Of a stretch of 64,000 nt of DNA, positions 36,181 through 48,580 are shown in pieces; position 1 is the first letter of the stretch; the number at the start of each line of letters is the position of its first letter. This DNA comes from Cystobasidiomycetes sp. EMM_F5. Lineage: Eukaryota. The notes under the pieces are model-generated. The model was not told the origin of the DNA, made no database searches, and saw nothing but the letters and a program-made list of their open reading frames with translations. The DNA is taken from positions 124,001 through 188,000 of the forward strand of contig JBPGPT010000009.1 in NCBI GenBank assembly GCA_051047955.1, given 5' to 3'. The translations under genes and the position numbers were made by a program.

Positions 36181-38833
36181 TTACCACTTTTTCTCCGCTG
36201 AATTCTCATGTCTTTTCTCAGTTTTGCAAGCTAAGGTTGCGTAGTCTTTGAAGCATAACAGCAAGCAGCGCCACATCCGCACCATTTCGGAAGTGCTTAG
36301 GGTACAACTGCGAGTCCTTTGTAAGCGATGTCTGAAAGGACGATGTCGGTCGGAACATACCTCGCGTAAGCTCTGCGCCATAGCGATTCTGTCGGAGTGA
36401 TCTTCTGGGATGGAGATGTCTGATAATGAATGAACGCCGGCATCTGCAAACAAGTCTTCGAACCGATCCATCCCCTTTATCTTAGGCTTGACGTCTTCGC
36501 TTCCTTCGTCTACAGTCAAATCGATAAAGGAGGTACGGGATGGATGTTCTTGCTGAGAAGCATTTGCGGCCACCTCAGTGTTCCGGTACTGCCGGGCTCC
36601 TGCTTGAACCGCCTGCTGCCGAGCCACTTGTGGTATCATTGAGTCTGCGATTGTGGGCCGAGGTCCGGAATGCGGGAGATCATTAATTGCTTCCCTCTTC
36701 ACGGTCAATGTAGAAACGGATGAGCTAGATTGACAATTCGGCTGACGGTTAAGGCCTTCCGAAAGCTTCAAGGTTTCATTGTTAACAGCGGCAGCGACGG
36801 AATCGTTCTCACTGGATCGCCTGCCTTCTACAGCATCGCTCAAGGTCAGCGGAGCCTGGCAGGAGACTGCGGTTTTTGCAGAGGACGGCAGCGGGGCGCT
36901 CGATGAGGATGCAAGAGGAACTTCAATGTGATTTATTGCCTCGGCTCGAGCGTAGTGGATTCCATTCTGCATAGGTGTCGCAGATTTTTCTGTGCTCGGT
37001 CCCTGGCGGTCGGGAATTTGGCTGACGCTCATCGCGGATAGTGCCGCTTGTAACTCTTGTGCAAATATAGCGGCGTGTGGAATCCTGCGAACAAATGACT
37101 TCACTGCCGCAGAACACGACTTTCGGTCTGGTAAGACTCACGTCGCAGTTTCTTTTGCAGCTTTTTGAATGTGTTTGATAATGGTTTTGACGATGTCGCG
37201 ATCGCCTTTTCTTCCATCGGAGCCACTACCTGCATCAACTAGGGCCATAAGAAGTAGAGCAGCATCCTGCCCGCCCAGGCAGTCACCCTGAGCGAGGTGT
37301 TTGCAGAGTATGTCGGAAAATGAGCCCTTTTCCTGTAATTCTGTTTTGCAAAAGCGGCAAAACAGGGAGCCTCGATGGGCCTCGCCTGTGCAGAAGCTTT
37401 CACCAAAATAAAACTCAGTATACTCGCCTTTATTGGAAAAGTAGCAGATCCGCACTCGCACTCCTTTGGGTCGTGTTGATTCTTGCAATTTTGCATGCGG
37501 CCGAGAAAACTACGGCAGTAGGCAGAGCCTTTCATGGAGACGGGAAGCAGTGCATCTTGTGCTCGCTTTGTCAGGACTTTCTGAGCCACACCCGCGCGAG
37601 AATATTGCAGTTCTCGCCTCATGTCTAACCAAGATTTGAGCTTGTGGTTGTCATTCATCACTTTCATTGCCTGCCCTTCGAAGAGATTCTCTTGTGTGGG
37701 GGGCCTGGCAACGCTGCCGACAACCCGTAGGGTGGAGGCCAGTGGTAATAATGAACCCTCGTGCACCCGGCTAGTTGCGTTACCAGAAGCGGCTTTGGAC
37801 TTCTCCACCCGACATATGCGGCTCGCTTTTTCACGAGGCTTCACGACCGCTGGATGCTGTGATGGCTGTTCAGTGTATTCGTCACCGCTAGAAGAATAAT
37901 CTGAGTTTTGCTCATCGCTAGAAGAATAATATGAGCTTTCCTCATCGCCAGAGTGCGACGAATCCGATTGCGAAGTAGGTGCCGGAGTCAACGTGCTTGC
38001 GACAGTCGAGATTGCTCGCTCTTTGCCTTTGGAATATGGCATTCCGCTAACCGCATCATTGATAGATTTTTGACATTCGGAATGGCTGTCAGCCGCTGTA
38101 CTATCCTTTTCCCGCCCTATCGCGGCTGGCGCCATGCCTGATGAGCCGCTTTAGCAAAAGTCAGCTTAGTCACTATCAAACATGTTACACACGTGCCCAT
38201 GTAAATCTTGTGCGTACTTATCCCGGTGACGCTCGTAAAGTTGCAAAGCAAAGTGGTCTTGAGGGCTCCCATCCTCATCTGCAGCTGCTGCTATCGCGGT
38301 GACGAAAAGCCGACGTTCATTTTCCGACAGCACGCATTTGTCTCGAGCAAGATGACCAATTATGTCGGAGCTGAGAGGACCAAGGCAAAAACGGCATAGA
38401 CTGGACGCGGCATGCGGCTGGCCGTTGCAGATCATACTGCGAGGAGAGATTAAAGACAGTCAGCGTCAGCGCGCCTGCGGCAAAAAAGCTACACTTGCCA
38501 ACACATTGCCTTTGGATGTTTGTGTTGTATAAGGTTCACTCTCCCGGTGTAGCTTAAGAGTCGGCTAAATCTCGCTTCACTATCAAGGACTGGCTTCATC
38601 AGAGCATTCGTGGCTGCAGCCTTTTGCGCAGCGTGGGGGAGCTTCGAGAACACGTCTGGCCGCAATTGGCCAAATGTGACGCGCCATAGCTTGAAAGACT
38701 CTCCATTGAGAAGCTGGCCATAGAGTGGATCCTCCGAGTCCTCCGACATCAGCCTGGGCCGTTTTGCCGCCTGCTGTATCCACGATGTTGTTTGAGGCTG
38801 CTCGGGACTGCCTGAGCGCTGCCGACGTAGCAT
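36181..38833 (-). CDS. Hypothetical multi-exon protein with two copies of a Cys/His-rich domain
   Basis: Co-directional ORFs 38489-38833, 38166-38435, 37239-38135, 37138-37488 and 36181-37104 separated by intron-sized gaps; repeated C-x-G-x2-H-x5-CRFC...HLA-x3-C. Confidence 0.6.
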
Positions 38834-39194
38834 GCTTCCAGATGTTCAGCAGAACACAGGGAGGGTGAGTGTGGTATGTCAGTACTGTCAGAACATGGCA
38901 GACGCGGAACGAAGCTAATAGTTGGATGGACCCTGTGGGACGCTGCAGCGGCAATGGAAGTCGGAGACGCGGTCTGTGCGGTCAGCTAGGGGAACGGGAC
39001 GAGCCTCTGCAAGGCATGGTGATGGCATCTAAAGGGCAATCAAAAGGCACGTTCATTGGTGAATGCGAGTAAGCATGAAGTTGCCGCTGTACCTGGACCG
39101 AATCGATCAATGCACAATGCGGGTCCCGCTCGAAGCTAGATCTGAGAATGACGGGCTACACGACAACAACAATCACAACGTATTCTTGACACGC

Positions 39195-40918
39195 CTACTG
39201 CACGTCGCTTCCATGTGGCTCAGCCATAGATAGGTTCGCCATCTCCTCTGCCAGCAACTCGCTATCGTGAATCTTCGGGAAACCGTCCTCGTCATCCGAC
39301 ATCCCAGTGTAGGATGTATCGGCCACGCTTTCCGTCTCCATATCGTCGTCTTTACGCGGTTGCTTGCTCTTGTCGGCTTTGTATAGATTGATGGCACCCC
39401 GCATTTCCTCGTCTTCCTCCAGGTCCCGCAAGAACATCTCGTACTCTGCTTCTGCCCGCGCTTGCTCTGCAGCTGAACCCGGAGCAACACCTCGGCCTTT
39501 CTTGGGCCCTCCTTCTTGGCGATCTCGTCCAAGTCCGACATTGTCATCTCCAGCTTCTTTGGCAATACTCTTGAGACGCCAGTTTCGCTTCTTTGCACTG
39601 CTCGACGCACCCTTCTTTCTTCTCGCGGGGAACGTCTTGCGTACCAGGACACACTGAGGGATCCTATCTGGATTTAAAGACTCCCACGCCGAATCATTAA
39701 AGTTTGCGGTAGCTAGGTAGTATCCACGAACGGTATCGCCTGGTTTCAAGACGGCGCCGAGGTGCGTCCGGGTGTGATAGATGGTATCGCTGTCCATGTT
39801 TCCTCCGACCGGCGTCACTTGCGCATCCGCCAACAAGTATTTGCCCTTGTTGGAGGTAACTGGCGGATGTGCAGTTGGTTCGATATCCAGTACTACAAAC
39901 TCGACTGAGCCTGTAATGGTGGCTAGCGGGTTGAAAGGTTGTCGCCAATACACGGATGATGCAAGTTCGGCTGTTTGTAATGTCAAAGGATCAAGAAGAT
40001 GGATGGCGTTGCCCACTCTAGTGCAAATGCACAGCTGGGTAATGCTGGAGAGGGATTGCGAGAGTTTCTTTGGCAAGCATACGAGATCATCCTTGCAGAT
40101 AGGGATAATCTCCACACTATAGGTCGATTTGTAGTTTGTGGACGAGTTTTGCACGTCTAGCGAGATGAGCTGTTCAGACGTCTTCATCCTGATAGGGGCG
40201 ACAGCTGACAGGAAATCTGTCATTTTCAGGGCATGTTGCCGGGACGCATAGAAGAAGTCGAGACCATCCTTTCGCTCAGAGATGGAGACGGTATCCTTAT
40301 CAGCGCCATGTTTGAGGATGAGCTGCTCGAGGTAGAGGAAAGTCCGCTTGTGGTCCACCTTTTGTCGTACTTGGACAATCGCCCTCCACGTATTCTTTGC
40401 AGCTAACCGCGTACAATCTGGACATTGACCATACACGACAACAAACTCGACTTCGAATATTTGCTGGAGAACGGTATTCGCAAAGACCTGTGGACGTATT
40501 GTATCAGTCAGCATGAGGAGGGTGACGGTGTGGCAAACGATGAAAATTCTACCTCTTTCTGCACAGTGAGCTTCACTCGTAGCCGTTTACTGTGCGGCTC
40601 TGTCCACACAAATCCTGCATCCACCAGTCTAACTTCCTTGAGCCCTTTGAGCCTTCGCAGACAGATTGCCAGTAATTCTCGGCTTTCGAGTTCAGCAATC
40701 AACCAGGCCGCTGGCGGACTGAGCCATCTTGAGCAGTTGCGGCAGAAGTTGAGAGAAGCTTGCTTTGGGATGGAAGCGGTGATGTCGACGCTGTTGCGCA
40801 GACAGTTTACGCAGCGGTTTGCAGAATTTGGTGGGATGGGTACACCACAGTCGGCGCATAGAATATGTCCCTGTGTTGATGTCGAGGGAACGTAAGCTAC
40901 GCCTTCCATCGTCGACAT
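39195..40918 (-). CDS. NMD3: 60S ribosomal export adaptor Nmd3
   Basis: ILCADCGVPIPPNSANRCVNC, DAGFVWTEPHSKR, WRAIVQVRQKVDHKRTFLYLEQLILKH, EYEMFLRDLEEDEEMR; 2 exons. Confidence 0.97.
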
Positions 40919-41075
40919 GGCTGCAGACAAATTTGCTGGCAGTGATTCAGACGAGGCCAAGGCCATTGGCGTCAATGCATTTCAAATCAGCGAGGTGATC
41001 GAGAGCTGGCGACGAGCAAGCAGGCCTGTCCTGCTGCAGCTTGACTGCTATCAACACTGCGTGCGTTCTTCAAAC

Positions 41076-41609
41076 ATGATCAGTATGTCCACGGTGTAGC
41101 TGTCTCCCTCCTCTGGCTGATACTCTTTCTCCAGTCCCAATACGGTGCTTTACTTGTGGCAGCGTGGTTCGCTAACATTTCTCGAAACATTTGATGCGCG
41201 TAGATGAGCTGATGTAACAACGTCTATACGTTCTTTAGACTGGAAACAAATGGCAGGCCTACGTTGCTCTCCTCGAGCAAGGCCATGACGAAGGAACAGC
41301 TATGGACATGCTAGGTCTGAAAAGGTGGGTTGAACGTACACGGCAGTGAGTGACAAGCTCTGACAACTCCTCCCTCCTCCTCAGATATTGCTGTAGACGT
41401 ATGATACTCACTCACGTCGACCTCATCGAGAAATGTAAGTATCTTAGCCGACTGTCTGACCAAATTATGCTAAATATTGCTTGACGTTCTAGTACTTCGG
41501 TACAATCGTAAGTACACGAGCAACGTGCTCCTATCCTCAGCTGATCTGTTCTCTTGTTCAAGCCCACGACCGGAGACGAGGCCACAGACCAGATATGGAG
41601 GCCGCTTAG
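41076..41609 (+). CDS. RPB10: RNA polymerase I/II/III shared subunit RPABC5
   Basis: Six tiny exons give [64 protein letters not shown]...; absent from the ORF track. Confidence 0.95.
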
Positions 41610-41838
41610 ATTGGAGCTCTCGAATGCGATTTTTCGTTTGGCTCGTTGTTGTAGACATATGCAAGCAAGCCATCTCTTCCTGAACAGCGTTATGTCGAAC
41701 CGTGCATACAAACTAAGTTTTCTTGCCCAAAATAAAATGCTACTTCTGACAATCCGCATTGGAATCACGATAGCATCTAGGTACCACAACGACTTGATAG
41801 CTGTGCTAGAACATGCCTGATGATCTTCGTCACATGCC

Positions 41839-44800
41839 CTACTTTTGTCCCGCTTGAATAGCTGCAACGATAGCGTCACAGGATTTTTTGGCATCGCCGT
41901 ACAGCATGCGGTTATTCTCCTTATAGAAGAGAGGATTTGGCATATCCGCATATCCCCGCCCTCCTGAGCTTCGTTTCATTACAATAGTATTCTTGCTCTC
42001 CCATGCGTGAAGTACAGGCATCCCTGAGATTGGCGAATTCGCTTCCAGGGCTATTGGGTTTACGCAGTCGTTACTTCCGACTACGATAGTCAAATCCGTG
42101 TCAGCAAAGTCGTCGTTGATCTCGTCCATCTCCAATACGATATCGTATGGAACGCCAGCTTCTGCCAATAAAACATTACATTGTCCGGGCATACGTCCAG
42201 CAACTGGATGAATAGCGAAGCGGACTTTGACCCCCATTGCACGCAAGCGAGCAGTCATCTCGGCCAGCGGATACTGAGCTTTGGCGACAGCCTGATTGAC
42301 AGTTGTGGCAAGAGAAATTCAGCAGAGAAACGGCTTGCGAAAGGGCTTCTCCACGTACCATACCATACCCCACCACAATAATGATGCTCTGACTATTCAT
42401 CATTGATTCCGCGACGTCCGCTGCGTTCGTTTCAACCATCTCGCCTTCAACCTTGTAATCGGTTTGGGCGGCCGGAGCGATGCCACCAAAAAGGACATTG
42501 GGTAGGCTACGATTCATGCCTACGCACATGATGTGCGATAAAATACTGCCGCTGGCAGCGATGAGAGCTCCAACGGAAGTGAGAAGAGGGTTATTGAGCA
42601 TGAGTCCTTCGGCTACCAAGGCCAGACCGCTGTAGGCGTTAAGGACGGTAATGCAAACAGGCATATCACCCCCGCCTATAGCAGCAGTAGTTGTGAAGCC
42701 TTTGGCAAAGGAAAGGAGAGTATTCGCAGCCAGGCATCCAGCCGCTACGAAAGGTACGGTGGGCATGGTAATAAAAGCTGCCATCGATGCAGCGTTCAAT
42801 GCGAGCATACCACCATTGACGTAGTGCTTGCCGGGCAGATTTAGGGGTCTCGATGACATTTTACCGGAGAGTTTGAGGAAAGCAACGATCGAACCAGTAA
42901 AAGTGATACCTCCGACGAGGACACCAAGATAGCCGGTAACGAGGTGAAGCATTGTTATGTGAGCCTCATCCAGTCCGCCCCATATGGCGGCAGCTACGGA
43001 ACCAATTGAGGTCAAGACGGCCGCAAGGCCGACAACGGAGTGGAGAGCTGCCACGAACTGGGGCAATTCGGTGGCAGTGATGCGTCTTCCGATTGCTGCG
43101 CCAATGCCACTACCCAGGCCAGCAAAGATGAGGGCTTGCGCTAGTTGTTCAGGAGTAAAGCCGCATGCAGCTAGAGACGCGAGAATTCCCATCAAGACAC
43201 CTAGTATTCCGAGATAGTTACCAGCTCGTGCCGTCGCTTGTGACGCCAAGGCAGTCAGCGAAGCGATACACAATACACTACTAACAAGATATCCAGCTGG
43301 GACCAGTCCCGCCAGACCTGTGCTAGCCGCAGCGATGAAGCCGGCTCCAGATAGAACAGCTGGTACCGCGTAAAGCCATGGGTACTCAGGTGGATCGGTA
43401 GGTCGTTTAAACATGTCGAGCATGCGCTTCGAGATGACGAAACCTCCTGAAATATTCACGAAAGCCAGTAAAACGGATGCCGCACCAAGAACCTGCGGGA
43501 ACGTTTGCGGCAGGTAGCCGCCGCCCATAATGAAAAAGCCGCCAACTCCGACCAAACCCGAGATGGCGTTCGTGACGGACATGAGGGGACTGTGTAATGC
43601 CGGAGCGACGGACCACACGATACGATAGCCTATCAAACCGGCTAAGGAGAACGTGAAGAGACTGCCCATGAAAGCAGGGTCCGTAAGTTTACCTAAAACT
43701 AAAGCGGTACCCATTCCTGCGGAAATGAGAGCAACCTCGCGGGTCTTGAGCTGCCACGGCGTCAAAGCTTTGATGTCCGCGGCGTCTTTAGCTGCTACCG
43801 ATGCTGGAGTAGGGGCTGCAGCGTTCGGACTAACGGTCGAAGAACCGGTAGTTGGCGTGGTGGCTGGAGCTGGCGGAGCTGGTCTAGGTACCTTGTCCCC
43901 GTTGTGCGTTACGATAGCACCTCTGACAACCTCATCGGCCATGTCAATTCCGTAATGCTCCTTCTTAGGCGCTATAGAAAGCAGGAAATTTGTTACGTTG
44001 TTCGAATATAGTGTAGATGACTGAGTTGGTAAACGGGATGGCAAATCGGTATATCCTATAATTGTCACGCCAGCATGTTTGGCAAGCTTTCCGGGACTTG
44101 TGACCTCGCAGTTGCCGCCAGCTTCAGCGGCCAAGTCGACGATAACAGAACCCGGCTTCATCGCTTCGACCATCTACATCCGCCATCAGCGCGTCCTTCA
44201 GTATGGATATTCTAAACTCACATCCTTCGTTATGAGCAGGGGAGCAGGCTTGCCAGGGATGAGAGCGGTAGTAATGATAATATCGACTTCTTTGGCTTGC
44301 TGCATGAAGAGACGCATCTCTGCTTCGATAAATTCCTTTGACATGACTTTTGCGTATCCTCCACTTCCATCACCAGATTCTTTCACATCAACTTCTATGA
44401 ATTCTGCTCCGAGTGATTCAACCTGCTCTCTGGCAGCTGACCTGGTGTCAAAGCCACGCACGATGGCTCCCATTCGACGAGCAGTTGCGATAGCACTCAA
44501 TCCAGCAACGCCTGCACCAATTATCAAGACTTTGCATGGCGGTATCTTTCCTGCAGCGGTAGTTTGACCAGTCAAAAAGCGCGGGAAGTGGTTGGCGGCC
44601 TCAAGAACGGCCTTATAGCCAGCTGTGTTGGCCATGGAACTGAGAACGTCAAAGCTTTGTGCTCTCGAGATGCGTGGGATCATGTCCATAGCGAAAGAAG
44701 TGACACCTTGTTTGGCTAGAGCGTCAACGAGAGGCGCACTCTTGGGTTGAAGCGGATACAGCATGGAGATGAGAGTAGCATCAGAACGCATTGAGCCTAA

Positions 44801-45247
44801 TTTGTCCTGGTCGAGCGCTGGCGGTCGGACTTTCAGCAGGATATTAGAGTCTTTCCAGATTGCATCGGGATTGGACAAGGTTGCTCCGGCATTCTTGTAA
44901 TCTTCATCAGAGAACTGAGCTTCATTGCCAGCACCGTGTTCGATGAGAACGCTCTTGAAGCCTTTTGACAATAGTTTCTTGACATTCGCAGGATGAACGG
45001 CAACACGCCTCTCGCCAGACGATACCTCCTTCGGGACACCAATGCTGAGTTCGGAGTATGGCGTACTTTGCACAGATTGCGATTGTATTGCTGCATTATT
45101 CTGTTCGTACCGTCCTCGGGGCGTGTAAAGAGATCTAGATCGCGCTTCGGCACCTCGCAGTCGCAGGATTCTCAGGCGCGTAGAAGGCGACGTGTGCACT
45201 GCGCCGAAGCCTGCAGCACACCTCAGCTGCACACTGAACTTGGTCAT
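41839..45247 (-). CDS. NNT: Mitochondrial proton-translocating NAD(P) transhydrogenase (fused dI-dII-dIII)
   Basis: IGVPKE...[50 protein letters not shown]; mitochondrial-type presequence; 3 exons. Confidence 0.97.
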
Positions 45248-45378
45248 GTTGCCATTGGCTTAGCAGAAGACAAGGTCGGGTCGGTGTATTTATGCAAGCT
45301 GGGGCCCCGGCCAGTTTTCCTACTTATGAAGGGGCACCTACTGACTTGCTTCCTCTCATACTGCAATAAAAGACGAAC

Positions 45379-46608
45379 ATGTCGGCGACACAGATGGGCG
45401 CACTGCCACGGAAGAACAAAGACAAGGCGTCACTGTGGGACCTCGAAGAGCAGGCAGGTATCCTTCATCGTCGCAGCTCTCGGCAGCGTGTTTACCGGTG
45501 TCGCCGGGTGCTTTCAACATAGTTTGCATTCTATGGCCAGTATCACACAAACAAGGTGCGTATGTCCGTCGGTGAAGTTGCTGTCCGCTGGTGCTGATGC
45601 TTTCAATCCAGATCAACGTTGCCATTCACGTCTGCGTAAGGCTGTAGGAACTCAGAACAAGCAGTGCCGCACTAACGAGTCTCGCGCCTAAAGTGCGTCC
45701 CTCTCATCTTCTGGAGCGCCATGTGCATTACAAACAAGATTGTTCCGTGGCATACGACTATCCCCCTCATTTACGGACCGCTGAAAACCGATGTCATTCT
45801 GTCGTTCCCTTTCGTATATGGCCTCTGTCATGCCTTGTACTTCATCGGCCTAGAAGTCTGTCCATTACGTCTCGTGTCAATACAGCTTGCTGACTTTGGA
45901 CGGACGGACCATACAGCCTGTTGCTGGGTAAAGGCCGTCGTGGCTGTTATGCAGGCATGTGCTGACTGTACCCCTTGCAGAATGCTTTACGCACCTATCA
46001 TACTCTTTCTCAGCTGGTCGGCTAACGAGATGTACTACAACGTATGGCATCGCATATCACATGCAGAATATACCTAACGAAAGCGTCTCCAGGTGCATAA
46101 CGGCGCCAAAATCGCTTTCGGCGTGTTTGTAGCATGCTGGATTGCGCAATTTATAGGTGCGTACAACCTCTTGTGCGTGAAACTGCCCCTAAAAATCAGA
46201 ACTCAGGACATGGCAAATTTGAGGGACGCGCGCCGGCATTGCTAGACTCGTTATTCCAGTGTAAGCGGAATCTTAAGGGTTCGAAGCATAGCTCACATTG
46301 ATCTTACAAAGCCCTTGTACTGGCAGTGTACGTAGACACGCCGCGCAATGTGTGTCCAAACATCCGTCTGACTCTGTCCTTGCAGCTTCTTCGTCTTTAT
46401 GGAGGTCTTGTTCGGGTTGGGATACAGGCCTGCGTTGCACAAGCGGTTACAAAATGTACGCAGAATGAGACACTGATGGCTGTGCGCCAGCTGATTGATC
46501 TTGTTGTAGCGGATCGGTAAGGAGGTTCTGGCGTATCGACAGGCAAAGAAGCGCGCAGGCAAGCCCGACGACAAGGCAACAAGTCATCAAACGGTATGGA
46601 GGGGTTGA
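45379..46608 (+). CDS. MPO1: Mpo1/DUF962 2-hydroxy-fatty-acid dioxygenase (ER membrane)
   Basis: Spliced: DLEEQ|FAFYGQYHTNK|INVAIH...VPLIFW...WIAQFIG|HGKFEGRAPALLDSLFQ|SLVLAVFFVFMEVLF; many small exons. Confidence 0.88.
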
Positions 46609-46759
46609 AACAGCGTCAGGAGATATGAGTGAGGAAAGTAAAGACGGACATCTTCGCTTGACGTGCTGGGAAGATATAGCTATTTACGATCATATGCGTT
46701 GAGAGGACGTGTACACGATTCCATCTTGTGATTGTTCGCACCAAGTTTGCAACCTGACA

Positions 46760-48191
46760 ATGCCTAAGGCTTCTGCGTCTTCGCGAGATGAGGACAAGGA
46801 GCCCACTACTGCCGACTTGCTTGCCGTGCTTGCAGATCATCGTCGACGCGGAGTACGAGCAAGCTCTGATGTCGTAAATAAAGGCGAGAAAGTGTTGGGA
46901 GTCAAGGGAGCGCTACGGAAAATGGGAGATGAAGGTGTGTCGGATGGACGTGCGATATGGTGATGTATTCTCTCGCTCAATTGGCTGACTTGCGTATATG
47001 ATGCGCTCACAGTATGGCCGTTCTTGGAACAACTTGGTTTCGCAGCACTGGATACGGGGAACTACGAATTGGCTGGCGTACGTGAATGGAGCCGTCGTAT
47101 TGACTGGCCTGGACGTGCGTTCTAACGCGATGGCTTGATCTTTTCATACAGGTCTGCATCGATAGATTAGAGACCAAATTTCCGAAATCACCTCGTGTCG
47201 ATGCGTTACGAGGCTTGCTGCTGCAAGTCACGGAAAGCAAGAGCAAGGCGAAGGCTTTCTACGAGCAGCGCTTAGCGGCGGATGAAAACAATATTGTAGG
47301 TTATCGTGTCAATACGTCCGCATCATGGCAGGCAGTGTGCTAAAGGCGCCTGCTCCACTTTAACAATGACAGCTAGTACGGAAACGATTGATCGCTTTAC
47401 ATCTAAACTCCTCTCCGTCCACCGACGAAGACAAGGTAGCTGGACTCTCCGTGCAAAAAGGGTTGGAATTGCTGGTAGACCATTTGGACACTGTGTACAC
47501 GGATCACGAAGGCTGGAGTCAGCTTTGTGATGCGTACGAGCGACTTGGAATGTGCGTACTTGGCAGATGTGTTTGGCAATTTGGTGGCTAATTTCTGTAT
47601 TCACCGTCGGTTTCGAAAATCCAGGCTGCAACAATGTTTGTCATGCCTTGGTGATCTGATGCTCCTTCAACCTACAAATACCTTCCACGTCCTCCGACAT
47701 GCCGAGACTCTCTACACGCTTGGAGAGTATGGGCCGGCATACATGGGTTTCTGCCGGGCTCTGGAGATGGCAGGAAAAATGAGTGATGGCGGGCTAGGCC
47801 GACGGGCTGGCTACGGGATAAAGCTGTGTCTGCGGAGACTGGGTAGCCTGTCTAGCGAAACAGATGCAAGCGCTGCTTCGCTCTCGCAAGCCGGTGATGC
47901 GAGAAAGGGCAAGAAGAAGGCAATAGCCGCAGCTTCTACGACAGATGGAGATGACAGCAGTCTGCCTAAGCGTGCTAAAGACGTGGATGCGATGGTGGCC
48001 GAGCAGTTGTTGCAAGCGTACTCGAAGGGTGAGCTTGTTTGGCTGCTTGGTGGTGTTCTGACTGAGCAATTGTTGTTCCAGGCTGGTCAGATCCAGAAGA
48101 CCGAGTTGCTGGGCATGATGAAAACAAAGTATTACAATTATGGCTGGCGCGGCAAGCGCAAGGACCGCTAAAGGGTCTCGCGTTGGCATAA
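46760..48191 (+). CDS. EMC2: ER membrane protein complex subunit 2 (TPR)
   Basis: WPFLEQLGFAALDTG, KFPKSPRVDALRG, LAADENNI..RKRLIAL, LVDHLDTVYTDHEGWSQL, LMLLQPTN..HVLRHAETLYT. Confidence 0.85.
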
Positions 48192-48580
48192 AGAGGCTGC
48201 ATACTCGTTCGCAAAGCCAAAGCAGCTGGCTGCGTTTGTCGCGGACAGATGGAATGGTTCTCACATTGTTGTTATACCATCTCATCTACTTCAAAACACA
48301 TTACTTTCAATACGTCTGTGCAGGGCGAGGGTTTCAGGCACTGGTGCCTTTGTTTGTTCGCACGACTGGCGTAAATTGCACCGAGCAAGGCAGGGCCCGA
48401 CTGACCTGGCGTCTATAGCTCGACTAGGCAACAACAGTCACACTGCACTACATACAGGCTGCGACTGTGCACTTTGGCGTTCACAGCGACCTCCGCCCAA
48501 CGCGCAAACACACAAAGGCCATAAGCCACTTACCGCCAGACTGGGTAAAAGCAATTCCTCCTCAACAACACGGATAATAC

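Noticed and set aside
44993..45691. Long antisense/shadow ORFs (here and e.g. 48725-49204, 49486-50118, 60383-60928)
   Set aside because: They overlap well-supported genes on the opposite strand or in another frame; expected by-products of codon bias.
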